Positions 10,100 through 19,311 of a stretch of 64,000 nucleotides of DNA are shown here, piece by piece. The position numbers were made by a program, and so were the translations under genes. The notes under the pieces are model-generated. The model was not told the DNA's origin. It saw nothing but the letters and a program-made list of their open reading frames with translations, and searched no databases. Every line of letters starts with the position of its first letter. Position 1 is the stretch's first letter. Origin of the DNA: Candidatus Omnitrophota bacterium (lineage in GTDB: Bacteria; Omnitrophota; Gorgyraeia; Zapsychrales; Fredricksoniimonadaceae); NCBI GenBank assembly GCA_016201795.1, contig JACQCF010000002.1:45122-109121 (forward strand), in the 5' to 3' direction.

Positions 10100-10935
10100 A
10101 AGTCAGCGCCTTTACCATTGTCCGCAACGCGGTCAAGTTCCATTACCCCATCGCTCAGTCCATACAATCGATTTTGCCCATTTGCGATGAATTTATCGTC
10201 AATGTGGGCGATAGCGAGGATAGAACGCTGGATTTGATCCGCTCCATCCCAAGCTCCAAAATTCGTATTATCCAAACCCAATGGAATATGAGGAAGGGCT
10301 CGATGGTCCTTTCCGAACAGACCAACATCGCCCTGAAAGAATGCAGAGGGGATTGGGCATTTTATCTGCAAAGCGATGAGGTGATCCACGAAAATGATTT
10401 GTCGCGCTTGAAGCAATGGATGCAGCGTTTCTTGAAAGTTGACGGAGTGGATGCCTTGCGTTTTAAATGGCTGCATTTTTACGGTAGTTATTGGCGCTAC
10501 CGCATTGATGCGGGGTGGTATCAGAAACAAGACCGTATTATCCGTAACAACGGCCAGATCGAATCCTATGGGGATGCGTTTGCGTTTAGGCGTCGTGACG
10601 GGCGGCCGCTATGCAGCCGGCCAACGGGGTGTTTATTGTACCATTACGGCTGGGTCAATACCGTCGAAGATATGAAGGGCCGCTGCCATAATGCGGCGCA
10701 AATCGGTTATCAGGATGCAAACAAATTACAATCGTTGGAAGGCGGTTGGGGAGACTTGAGCCGTTTCCCGGCGTATTTTGGTACGCATCCATTGGTCATG
10801 AAGGACTTGATTGCCAGGCATGCCCTCAGCGTGCAGGATTGGGCAAGTGTCAGCCGTCAATTTTGGTGGAACCCTCTGTTTTGGATGCGCCTGCGGCACA
10901 AGACATCCCGGCGTATCAGAGAGAAAATCACATGA
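10096..10935 (+). CDS. Putative GT-A fold glycosyltransferase (GT2-like)
   Basis: N-terminal FTIVRNA...IVNVGDSED resembles GT2 N-termini. A weak call. Confidence 0.4.
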   Translation: MKVSAFTIVRNAVKFHYPIAQSIQSILPICDEFIVNVGDSEDRTLDLIRSIPSSKIRIIQTQWNMRKGSMVLSEQTNIALKECRGDWAFYLQSDEVIHENDLSRLKQWMQRFLKVDGVDALRFKWLHFYGSYWRYRIDAGWYQKQDRIIRNNGQIESYGDAFAFRRRDGRPLCSRPTGCLLYHYGWVNTVEDMKGRCHNAAQIGYQDANKLQSLEGGWGDLSRFPAYFGTHPLVMKDLIARHALSVQDWASVSRQFWWNPLFWMRLRHKTSRRIREKIT

Positions 10936-12623
10936 GGGAAAATTTCTTTTTTAAAAAACCAACCGGTTGGGACGTGTTGGCCATGGCACTTTTGGTGGTC
11001 TTTGTCACATACCAGCCGTTTTATATGCAGCATGAGATTATCATGATGGAAACCGGTATTCATCTGCCGGCGATTAACGCGTTGTTTCATGGGTTGGTGC
11101 CATACCGTGATTTCTTTTTCTTGCGTGGGCCAATAGAACTTTATATACCTGCGGTCATGATGAAAATTTTTGGCGTTAATTCCGCCCTACTGCCGGCATT
11201 TTATTATGGAGGAACTATTCTGACCCTTATTTTATGCGTGATACTTGCCGGTGAGTTGTTTCGTTCACGTTTGATTCTTTATACCATGGTTCCGGTTTTT
11301 GTGGCCCGCACTTTCCCACGGATTGCTTATTATTATTGGGGAGGACTGCGTTACGCTATGGGGTTTTTGGTGCTATTGTTCCTGTTTTATTTTTTCAAAA
11401 CCCAGCGTCGCCGTTGGATTTTTTTAACGGGTATGATGTGCGCCTTATCCGCACTGACCACACCGGAGGCGGGGCTTTCCACAGTTTTAGCAGTGCTTGC
11501 GGCGTTGGTGTGTGCTTTTGGTTTTCAAGTCTGTGACCGGCATTTTCTGTGGCGATGTTTTTGGGTTTTTTGTGCCGGTTTCGCAATCGTCATTGTTCCT
11601 TATGTGGTGTATTTGATTCAAACCGGTTCTTTTCATGCATTGGTGGAGTCGACGTATGTGGTGGTAACACTCATGGTTGATGCGTTTCCAGGCGCTGCGG
11701 GCATTAAACCTGAAACACCTCTGCAGTTTTTAGTGGCCTGCATTCCTGGAACAAAATTTTTTAAATACATGAGTGTGCTGTGGTGCTATCTATTCTTTGC
11801 GGTGTTCTTGTGGTATAAAGCTCGTTATAAAAAGCTGGATTGGGTACACGCATTTCTGATAGGAGTTGCCGTTTATGGCTTGGTATTGTACGCGGCGGCG
11901 TTTCGTAAAATTGAAGGCCATCATTTTGAGATGGCCCTGCAGGTGGAGAAATTTATTTATTTCTTTTTGATGGAATGCGCCATACTGTATATGTGGACGC
12001 GGTGGGCAACGCTTCATATTACCTTTGCGTGGCGCCGGCGATTAGTTTATGGTATGGCCATGGGGGTATTCCTTTCTTCGGTCGCCTACGCGTTGAATAG
12101 ATTTGACCACCGTTTCACGATGATGAAGCTCATTGAGAGACAAGTTTTGCATAAAAAGAAAGTGAAAGGTTTATCAGTGCTGGAGGGTCAGGAAACTGCC
12201 GTTTTGAACATTGAGCGGGCCCGTGGCCATATTGTGCCCCGCTGGCAGGAAGAGGAGATCAAAGGGGTAGTTGAATTTTTAAAAATGCACACCCGCACTG
12301 ATGAAGCGGTTTTTTGCTTTCCTGAATTGGGGAATTTTAATTTTTGGGCGGATCGGCCCTTTGTCGGCCGTTTTCCGATTGTCACATTTACTTGGATGTA
12401 TGAGCCCTGGTATCAGGAACTTTTGGCGGATTTTCAAAAAACCAGGCCGCATTACGTGGTGATGACGCATTTAGGCCACCGGACTTTTCCGCAACTTTGG
12501 TATTTTCGTAATCCGCAAAACCAAGAGCGTTTTGAGCAAATGACACAGCTCATTTTAGCCAATTATGCGCCGGTCCAGTCATTTGAGTCGGTAGCCATTT
12601 ATGAACGCAAGGACAGGAGATGA
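10932..12623 (+). CDS. Large polytopic membrane protein, putative GT-C-type transferase (paralog B)
   Basis: The same architecture and conserved blocks as 7707-9380 (GIHLPAINALFHGLVPYRDFFFLRGPIELY; C-terminal FPELGNFNFWADRPFVGRFPIVTFTW). The start is placed at the internal ATG (MRENFFF) in ATGA overlap with the upstream stop, because the 5' extension of the ORF overlaps the preceding gene. Confidence 0.45.
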   Translation: MRENFFFKKPTGWDVLAMALLVVFVTYQPFYMQHEIIMMETGIHLPAINALFHGLVPYRDFFFLRGPIELYIPAVMMKIFGVNSALLPAFYYGGTILTLILCVILAGELFRSRLILYTMVPVFVARTFPRIAYYYWGGLRYAMGFLVLLFLFYFFKTQRRRWIFLTGMMCALSALTTPEAGLSTVLAVLAALVCAFGFQVCDRHFLWRCFWVFCAGFAIVIVPYVVYLIQTGSFHALVESTYVVVTLMVDAFPGAAGIKPETPLQFLVACIPGTKFFKYMSVLWCYLFFAVFLWYKARYKKLDWVHAFLIGVAVYGLVLYAAAFRKIEGHHFEMALQVEKFIYFFLMECAILYMWTRWATLHITFAWRRRLVYGMAMGVFLSSVAYALNRFDHRFTMMKLIERQVLHKKKVKGLSVLEGQETAVLNIERARGHIVPRWQEEEIKGVVEFLKMHTRTDEAVFCFPELGNFNFWADRPFVGRFPIVTFTWMYEPWYQELLADFQKTRPHYVVMTHLGHRTFPQLWYFRNPQNQERFEQMTQLILANYAPVQSFESVAIYERKDRR

Positions 12624-13237
12624 ACATGAAATTGCATGTGGGCTGTGGGACTAATAAAATACCCGGGTGGGTCAATATCGACGCTGTTGAAAGCTGCCAG
12701 CCCGATCTTATCCATGATTTAAGCAAGCCCCTGCCTTACCCCGATTTGTCAGCGGACGAGCTCAGGGCTGAGAGCGTTCTGGAACATTTCGACAAATACA
12801 TGAGGTATTGCGTGTGCAGTGACTGGGTAAGGGTGTTGAAGGTAGGAGGGTTTATCCATATAGGCGTGCCGGATTTCAAAAAGCTGCTGTTTCGTTTTTT
12901 TAAATTCCGTTTTGATGATTTCGTCGACACTTTTTTCGGCGAGAATATGTGGGAGTCAGAAATTTATATCGGGCATTTCGGCAATCATAAATGGGGGTAT
13001 TCACAAAAGTCCTTAACGGCATTTCTGGGGCAATTCGGCATTGAACCGGTGGAGGTCAAAACCATAGGGTTAAATATTCATTTTGTAGGTCGTAAACTTA
13101 AGCATGTGTCCACCCGGGACATGGACCAGTGGAAGATTTATTCTCATAACAACAAATTCGGCGCACCCCGTCATTACCTGACGTTCGCCGAGGTTAAAGC
13201 GAAAATCAATGAGTTTCAGAAAGATTCTGCTTATTAA
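12620..13237 (+). CDS. Class I SAM-dependent methyltransferase
   Basis: HVGCG...ESVLEHFD motifs. Paralogous in position and motif to 9377-10099. Confidence 0.6.
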   Translation: MNMKLHVGCGTNKIPGWVNIDAVESCQPDLIHDLSKPLPYPDLSADELRAESVLEHFDKYMRYCVCSDWVRVLKVGGFIHIGVPDFKKLLFRFFKFRFDDFVDTFFGENMWESEIYIGHFGNHKWGYSQKSLTAFLGQFGIEPVEVKTIGLNIHFVGRKLKHVSTRDMDQWKIYSHNNKFGAPRHYLTFAEVKAKINEFQKDSAY

Positions 13238-14261
13238 TCCTTACGGCATCGGGGATGTGTTGTTTACCACTCCCGTTGTGGGCAATTTGCGTAAAAGCTA
13301 TCCGCAGGCTTTTATTGGCTATATCGCTAACCGTCGGGCTTTGCCGGTGGTGGAAAGCAATCCCAAAATCAATCACGTTTATGTGTATGAGCGTGATGAA
13401 TTTAAGGACGATTTTGTCCGTCGCTGGGTGAGTCTTTTTCAAGATATACGACGACAAAAATTCGATGTTGTTTTTGATTTCTCTTTGAATGCTTCCTTTG
13501 GATTTTTGAGCATGATTTGCGGCATAAGCAAGCGTATTGGTTATGATTACCGAGGTCGGGGCTGGCTTTTAACGGATAAAATTCGGTTAGAAGGCTATGA
13601 AGCAAAGCATGTGGTGGAATATTATCTGGATTTATTGACGAAACTTGACGTACCGGTGCAAGATCGCTCTTTGGAGTTTTTGATTGACCAGCAACATCAG
13701 CAATGGGCTAAAGATTGGATTAAAACCAAAGGGATTTCATCCAATCAACCAATCATTGCCCTCATCCCTGGCGGGGGAGCCAGCTGGGGCAAGGATGCCA
13801 GCCAGAAACGCTGGCCCGCCGGGCAATACGCGCTTTTGGTGGATAAAATTATTGCAAAATCAAACAGCGCCGTTATACTGATGGGCGATCAAAAAGAGCA
13901 GTTGTTGTGTCAAGAATTTGCCCGCCGATGCTCTTATCCCGTCTTTGATGCGGTTGGAGGTACAACCCTTTTGCAGATGGCTGCCTTACTGCAACAATGC
14001 CGTCTGGCGATTGTTAATGACGGAGGACCTTTGCATGTGGCGGTGGCGTGCGGTGTCAAGACGGTTTCTATCTTTGGTCCGGTGGATCCGGTGGTTTACG
14101 GCCCCTACCCATCGTCGGGACATATTTTTATTCAAAAAGGACTGCCTTGCCAGCCGTGTTACCGTCAGTTTCGCCGGGCCGCCTGTAACCATATCAGCTG
14201 TTTGAGGGACTTATCAGTCGATGAGGTTTACGATAAAGTAGAGAGATTTTTAGTTGATTGA
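13209..14261 (+). CDS. GT9 family heptosyltransferase (ADP/GDP-heptose:glycan heptosyltransferase)
   Basis: N-terminal KILLINPYGIGDVLFTTPV and C-terminal GNDGGPLHVAVACGVKTVSIFG motifs of RfaF/WaaC-like enzymes. Confidence 0.75.
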   Translation: MSFRKILLINPYGIGDVLFTTPVVGNLRKSYPQAFIGYIANRRALPVVESNPKINHVYVYERDEFKDDFVRRWVSLFQDIRRQKFDVVFDFSLNASFGFLSMICGISKRIGYDYRGRGWLLTDKIRLEGYEAKHVVEYYLDLLTKLDVPVQDRSLEFLIDQQHQQWAKDWIKTKGISSNQPIIALIPGGGASWGKDASQKRWPAGQYALLVDKIIAKSNSAVILMGDQKEQLLCQEFARRCSYPVFDAVGGTTLLQMAALLQQCRLAIVNDGGPLHVAVACGVKTVSIFGPVDPVVYGPYPSSGHIFIQKGLPCQPCYRQFRRAACNHISCLRDLSVDEVYDKVERFLVD

Positions 14262-14302
14262 GTCCCGAGCCTGTCGAGGGATAGAAAGGTCGAGGCATTA
14301 TT

Positions 14303-15403
14303 ATGAGCGTTCCGTTTATTGATTTTAAAGAACAACACCGCCTGATCCAAAACGAGGTGGATACGGGTTTTAAAAAAGTTTTTGAAAAAGGCGATTATAT
14401 TTTAGGCGAGCAAGCTGTTATCTTCGAGGGCGCTTTTGCTAAATATTGCGATTGTGCTTATGGGGTGGGTGTCAATTCCGGTACCGACGCGTTGTATTTG
14501 GCCCTTTGCGCATTGGATATTGGCCCAGGTGATGAAGTGATTGTGCCTACCTTCACTTTTATTGCTACGGCATTGTGCGTTTCGTTTTGCGGTGCTCAAG
14601 CGGTGTTCGTCGACGTTGAGCCGGATACTTACAACATTGACCCTCAGGCATTCGCCAGGGCCATTACCAAGAAAACTAAAGCGGTGATTCCAGTGCACAT
14701 CTATGGTCAGCCGGCGAACATGAATGAAATCTCTGCCATTGCCCGCAAGCACGATATTAAGGTGGTTGAGGATGCAGCTCAGGCCCATGGTTCGCGTTAT
14801 CAGGGCAAGCGCGCGGGATCCCTGGGGGATGTGGCGTGTTTCTCTTTTTATCCGACCAAAAGTCTGGGCGCTTGCGGGGATGCCGGAATGATTGTCACCA
14901 ACGACAAGGCGATTTATCAGAAGGCGCTGATGCTGCGCGATTACGGCAGAAAGGGCCGTTATGAACATAAGATTAAAGGGCATAATTCCCGTCTGGATAC
15001 TCTGCAAGCGGTGGTGCTCAATGCCAAATTAAAACATCTGGATGCATGGAATACTTTACGCGCCCAAAACGCTGTTTATTACAATGAGCTTCTTAAAGGC
15101 GTCAAAGGCGTGGTCACGTCGGTTGTCAAAAGTGACCGTACCCACGTTTATCAGACGTATGCCGTGCGGGTGGCCAACCGCGATAAGGTCATGGAAGGGA
15201 TGAAGGCCAAAGGAATCAGCGTCCTTATCCATTATCCGATTCCTCTACACCTTCAGGAAGCCTATCAAGAGTTAGGTTATCAAAAAGGAGCTTTTCCCTT
15301 CGCGGAAGCCGTGGCTGATGAGATCATGTCTTTGCCGATGTTTCCTCACATGAGCAGGGAGCAAATTGAAACCGTGGTGAGGGCTTTGAAAGAATCTTTA
15401 TGA
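14303..15403 (+). CDS. DegT/DnrJ/EryC1/StrS family aminotransferase
   Basis: GTDALYLAL, VPTFTFIAT, EDAAQAHGS and the Lys-containing FSFYPTKSLGA motif. Confidence 0.8.
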   Translation: MSVPFIDFKEQHRLIQNEVDTGFKKVFEKGDYILGEQAVIFEGAFAKYCDCAYGVGVNSGTDALYLALCALDIGPGDEVIVPTFTFIATALCVSFCGAQAVFVDVEPDTYNIDPQAFARAITKKTKAVIPVHIYGQPANMNEISAIARKHDIKVVEDAAQAHGSRYQGKRAGSLGDVACFSFYPTKSLGACGDAGMIVTNDKAIYQKALMLRDYGRKGRYEHKIKGHNSRLDTLQAVVLNAKLKHLDAWNTLRAQNAVYYNELLKGVKGVVTSVVKSDRTHVYQTYAVRVANRDKVMEGMKAKGISVLIHYPIPLHLQEAYQELGYQKGAFPFAEAVADEIMSLPMFPHMSREQIETVVRALKESL

Positions 15404-16752
15404 ACAAGGCTTTGCATATTTGCGACAGGTTGATGTACGGCGCTTTGCTGGTGCTGGTAATTTTTATTCCCTATTCGCTGGCCATGATCGAAGCATGTCT
15501 GTTGACGATAATACTAGCTTGGGTACTGAAACATTGGTTATTATGGAAAGCCAATCCACAACGAGGATTTTGGGCGGCCTATCGTTTTTCGCCCAGCGGG
15601 ATGGAATGGCCCTTAATCGTCATAGGGTTTCTCATCGTTGCGACCTTACCGTGGAGTCATGCTCCTGCTTTGAGTTTAAAGAAATTCTTCTCAAGGTTTC
15701 TGCAGCAGGCATTTTTGATGTATGCCGTCGTTGAGATTGTCAAGACCCATCGGCGTTTATACGGGGTCATGGCAACCTTATTGCTGACGCTTTTTGTGGT
15801 CAATGCGGATATTTTTGTGCAGTATATGCGAGGCTACAGTTTTATTTATCATACCCCGCTGACGTCTGGGCGGGTGTTGGGGCCGATGCATCACCCCAAT
15901 GATTTGGGGACGTTGCTGGTGATGGTGTTGCCTGTGGTGTTGGCTTTGATCATCACACACCGTTATTGGATTCCATTGTTATGGTCTCGTGCGACGCAGG
16001 TGTCCCGTGGCTTATGCACCATGGGGACGGTGGCGGAGGTGGTGTTGTTTTTACTATTGGTCATCGCGCTTGGGTTAACGGCTTCGCGGGGGGCATGGAT
16101 AGCTTTTGCGGTGAGCATGGTTGGCCTAGGCGTTTGTTTGAAACGGTATTGGTCAACTGTTTTACTTATTTTGATGCTGGTTGTGGTATTTTGGGTCTTT
16201 TGGGGACATAGCCTGCATCAGCGTCATGATATTCAAGATGTTTCTTTAGGAACTCAGACTAAGTACAGCAGTATAAGCCTATCTCCCCAGTATGAGAAGA
16301 GTCTGTTGGTTTTTTTCAATCCTTCGGGCCGGTATTTCTATTGGGAAACAGCTTGGGATATTATTAAACGTTATCCGCTGTTTGGCTGCGGCTATAGCGC
16401 TTATGTCCAGACGCTCAATGTTTTGAAGGCGGGGCACGCGGAATATCCTCACAATATCTTATTGCATATTACGGCGGAACTTGGTCTCTTTGGTTTGCTG
16501 GCGCATCTATGGTTTTTTACAGCTTTATATTTATGTGCTAGGAGAGTGTTGCGTGCGGTTTTCTCTGCCTATGATTTGTATATACTCGGATGCGGGATAT
16601 GTTTTGGACTTTTGGCGTGGATAATCCATAGTCTGACAGATACGGCTTGGACATCTTTGCAGTTGAGCATCTTATGGTGGTTATTGATAGGGATTTTGTT
16701 GAGCCTTGTCTCTGTTTTTCATCAATCAACATCGCCACGGGGAGGTTCCTAG
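15400..16752 (+). CDS. O-antigen ligase / Wzy-like polymerase family membrane protein
   Basis: Multi-TM protein with the O-antigen ligase domain signature (GRYFYWETAW...YPHNILLHITAELGLFGLL). Confidence 0.7.
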   Translation: MNKALHICDRLMYGALLVLVIFIPYSLAMIEACLLTIILAWVLKHWLLWKANPQRGFWAAYRFSPSGMEWPLIVIGFLIVATLPWSHAPALSLKKFFSRFLQQAFLMYAVVEIVKTHRRLYGVMATLLLTLFVVNADIFVQYMRGYSFIYHTPLTSGRVLGPMHHPNDLGTLLVMVLPVVLALIITHRYWIPLLWSRATQVSRGLCTMGTVAEVVLFLLLVIALGLTASRGAWIAFAVSMVGLGVCLKRYWSTVLLILMLVVVFWVFWGHSLHQRHDIQDVSLGTQTKYSSISLSPQYEKSLLVFFNPSGRYFYWETAWDIIKRYPLFGCGYSAYVQTLNVLKAGHAEYPHNILLHITAELGLFGLLAHLWFFTALYLCARRVLRAVFSAYDLYILGCGICFGLLAWIIHSLTDTAWTSLQLSILWWLLIGILLSLVSVFHQSTSPRGGS

Positions 16753-17537
16753 TGTCCTTGCCATTGAGTATTATCATTATTGCCAAAAATGAGCAGGAGC
16801 GTATCAAAGATTGTCTTGAAAGCGTGCATGGATGGGCCAATGAAATCATCGTCGTTGATGATCACAGTACAGACCAGACGCGTTCGATGGCTGCTGCGTA
16901 TACTGACAAGATTTTCCAGCGGGCGATGGATTTGGAAGGCCGACAGCGCAATTTCGCAGTTTCCCATGCCAGCAATGATTGGGTGATGATGCTCGATTGT
17001 GACGAGCGTCCCACCCCTGAACTTAAAGGAGAGATCGAGGATTTGCTTGGCCACCCTCCGGAAAAAATCGTAGCGTTTTGGATACCGCAAATTTGTTTTT
17101 TAGGAGATGTGCATATCAAATACGGAGGATGGTCCAATCCACATATCCGTTTGTACCACAAGAAATACGTGACCTGGAGCGAGGCTGCCTGTGATGTGGT
17201 TCATCCGGGGGTGCGTGTGGCGCCCGGTTACGGGGGAGCAAATTTGAAACAGGCGCTTATCCATTACAACTATAAGAATGTCGAGGATGTCATCCGCAAG
17301 ACAAATCGTCTCACCACCCTGGAGGCCATCAAATGGCACCTCGATGGGCGCAAGATGACGCAGGGGCGCGCGATGTGGCGTACCGTGGATAGGTTTTTCC
17401 GTCGTTATGTGGGACGCAAGGGGTATAAGGATGGTTATTACGGTCTGGTGCTGGCGGTATTTAGCGCCGTGTATGAGTTCGCCGCGTACAGCAAATACAA
17501 GGAAATCAAAGAAAAAGGCTATTACCTTAAACCATGA
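16752..17537 (+). CDS. Family 2 glycosyltransferase
   Basis: LSIIIIAKNEQERI...VVDDHSTDQT GT2 signature. A probable GTG start at 16752 overlaps the upstream stop (TAGTG), with GGAGG 7 nt upstream. The ORF-track ATG at 16647 would overlap the ligase gene by about 100 nt. Confidence 0.7.
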   Translation: MSLPLSIIIIAKNEQERIKDCLESVHGWANEIIVVDDHSTDQTRSMAAAYTDKIFQRAMDLEGRQRNFAVSHASNDWVMMLDCDERPTPELKGEIEDLLGHPPEKIVAFWIPQICFLGDVHIKYGGWSNPHIRLYHKKYVTWSEAACDVVHPGVRVAPGYGGANLKQALIHYNYKNVEDVIRKTNRLTTLEAIKWHLDGRKMTQGRAMWRTVDRFFRRYVGRKGYKDGYYGLVLAVFSAVYEFAAYSKYKEIKEKGYYLKP

Positions 17538-18121
17538 AAGTAGTTTTTCTTGACAGAGACGGCGTGATTAACGAATTTCCGGGTAAAGACAATTACGTGA
17601 CGAAAGTCAAAGACTTTCATTTTATTCCCGGAGCGGCGGAAGCCATCGCGCGCCTCAGCCAGGCAGGATATAAGATTTTTGTGATTTCTAATCAGGCTGG
17701 CGTGGGTAAAGGGGTTTATTCGCTGGACAAACTCAATCGTATCAACCGTTATATGATGAAGCATGTTGAGGCTGCCGGCGGAGAAATCCGAAAAAGTTTT
17801 TACTGCACCCACCGCGCCGATGCGGGCTGCGACTGCCGCAAGCCAGGCATAGGTCTTTTAAAGAAGGCGCTTCAATCTCTCAATAAAACCATTGCCCATG
17901 CGCAAAAGGCTTTTTTCGTTGGTGATACCGAAGGCGATATTAAAACCGGCCATAATGCCGGATGCAAAACGGTTTTTGTGCTTTGTGGGCGTGAAAGCCG
18001 CCGGCATATGCGTCAATGGCACATCAAGCCCGATTTTATCGCTTCGGATTTAAAAACCGCGGTTGACATTATCCAACATGAAAATTCTGGTCATTCACGC
18101 CACAGCAGGGGCCGGGCATAA
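17534..18121 (+). CDS. gmhB: D-glycero-D-manno-heptose 1,7-bisphosphate phosphatase (HAD-IIIA)
   Basis: FLDRDGVIN HAD motif I, and GVGKG plus the C-rich zinc site CDCRKPG typical of GmhB. Confidence 0.75.
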   Translation: MKVVFLDRDGVINEFPGKDNYVTKVKDFHFIPGAAEAIARLSQAGYKIFVISNQAGVGKGVYSLDKLNRINRYMMKHVEAAGGEIRKSFYCTHRADAGCDCRKPGIGLLKKALQSLNKTIAHAQKAFFVGDTEGDIKTGHNAGCKTVFVLCGRESRRHMRQWHIKPDFIASDLKTAVDIIQHENSGHSRHSRGRA

Positions 18122-19160
18122 AAAGGCGGCAGAGGCCATTTATAATGGCCTGTTGCGCCACACCACGCATATTGTCCGTTTGGTGGATTCCCTCGATTAT
18201 ACCAATCCTTTTTTTAAAGCCGCGTATCCTAAGACCTATGTCTTTTTAGTCACGAAACTTCCGATGCTCTGGGGATTTTTCTTTTGGCTTTCCGATCTTG
18301 CTTTATTACAACCGTTGATACGCTGGATCAGGCGCTGTTACAATGCTTCAAATACTAAGGCGCTGGAGAAATTTTTGAAAGATGAAGATTTTGATGCCAT
18401 TATTGTGACTCATTTTATGTCCGCGGAGGTTGGCGCTTATTTAAAACGCACCCGGCAGATCCGTGCGAAGGTGATTTGTGTGGTGACAGACTTTAATGTA
18501 CATCGTATTTGGATTAATCAGGGTACTGATCTTTACACGGCGGCTTGCGATGACACCAAAGAGAAAATCATCAGCCTTGGAATCAGCCCTGATCAGGTGT
18601 TCGTGACCGGTATTCCCACCGACGAAAAATTTACTGTGATGACTGATCGTCGTCAGATAAGAGAAGCTCTTAAAATTGATCCACAGCTTTTCACGGTGCT
18701 TTTAGCCACGGGCTCTTTCGGGGTCGGCCCTATGGAAGAACTGGTGGATTTGCTCAAAGGTTATCAGCTGCTCATTGTTTGCGGACATAATCGCCTTTTG
18801 TACGAACGCCTTAAATCCAGAATTAATAGCAAGGTTCACGTATTTGGTTTGGTCAACAATATGCATGAACTGATGTCTGCGGCGGATGTCATGGTCACTA
18901 AACCAGGAGGACTCTCCATCGCCGAAGCTCTGGTCAAAAGGCTGCCGATTATTTTTTTTAGTGCCATTCCCGGACAGGAGACTGGCAACATTAAAGTGCT
19001 TCAAAAGTACCAGGCGGCCTCACCGCAAGGATCTTTGATGGATATCGTCGATAAAATTGATGATTTAAGTTCTTCCCTGCAAGTTTACGAGGCCATGCAA
19101 AAGAAGCTTGAGGCGCTTGCCAAACCTGATGCGGTACGGGACATTATTTCATTAATATGA
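18078..19160 (+). CDS. GT28 family glycosyltransferase (MGDG-synthase / UgtP-like diacylglycerol or lipid glycosyltransferase)
   Basis: N-terminal MKILVIHATAGAGHKKAAEAI (MGDG_synth domain) and a C-terminal GT28 region. The start is ambiguous (18063 or 18078) and overlaps the end of gmhB. Confidence 0.55.
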   Translation: MKILVIHATAGAGHKKAAEAIYNGLLRHTTHIVRLVDSLDYTNPFFKAAYPKTYVFLVTKLPMLWGFFFWLSDLALLQPLIRWIRRCYNASNTKALEKFLKDEDFDAIIVTHFMSAEVGAYLKRTRQIRAKVICVVTDFNVHRIWINQGTDLYTAACDDTKEKIISLGISPDQVFVTGIPTDEKFTVMTDRRQIREALKIDPQLFTVLLATGSFGVGPMEELVDLLKGYQLLIVCGHNRLLYERLKSRINSKVHVFGLVNNMHELMSAADVMVTKPGGLSIAEALVKRLPIIFFSAIPGQETGNIKVLQKYQAASPQGSLMDIVDKIDDLSSSLQVYEAMQKKLEALAKPDAVRDIISLI

Positions 19161-19162
19161 TT

Positions 19163-19187
19163 TTCCCCTCCCCTGGTGGGAGGGGAA
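19163..19187 (+). terminator. GC-rich hairpin (TTCCCCTCCCC-TGGT-GGGAGGGGAA) immediately after the last gene of island 1; candidate terminator or structured element
   Basis: A perfect 10-11 bp inverted repeat 3 nt after the stop at 19160. No clean U-tract follows. Confidence 0.35.
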
Positions 19188-19236
19188 TGGGGAGGGGTAT
19201 CGACGGAGATCATCGTTTTTATGCCCCCCGCCCTAA

Positions 19237-19258
19237 CCCTCCCCACACAGGGGGAGGG
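19237..19258 (+). promoter_or_regulatory. Second GC hairpin (CCCTCCCC-ACACA-GGGGAGGG) in the priA-like 5' region
   Basis: Inverted repeat of the same CCCCTCCCC/GGGGAGGGG word family as 19163-19187. A TATAAT lies at 19294-19299, just before the ATG at 19312. Confidence 0.3.
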
Positions 19259-19311
19259 AATCTAATGACAAAACGCTAAATATATTGAAGACCTATAATC
19301 TGTAACCTGAT

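Noticed and set aside
10096-10935. The 5' 186-nt extension of the 10746-12623 ORF, which would overlap the preceding GT2-like gene
   Set aside because: An internal ATG at 10932 sits in ATGA overlap with the upstream stop, and the paralog begins at the equivalent position. The extension is most likely not translated.
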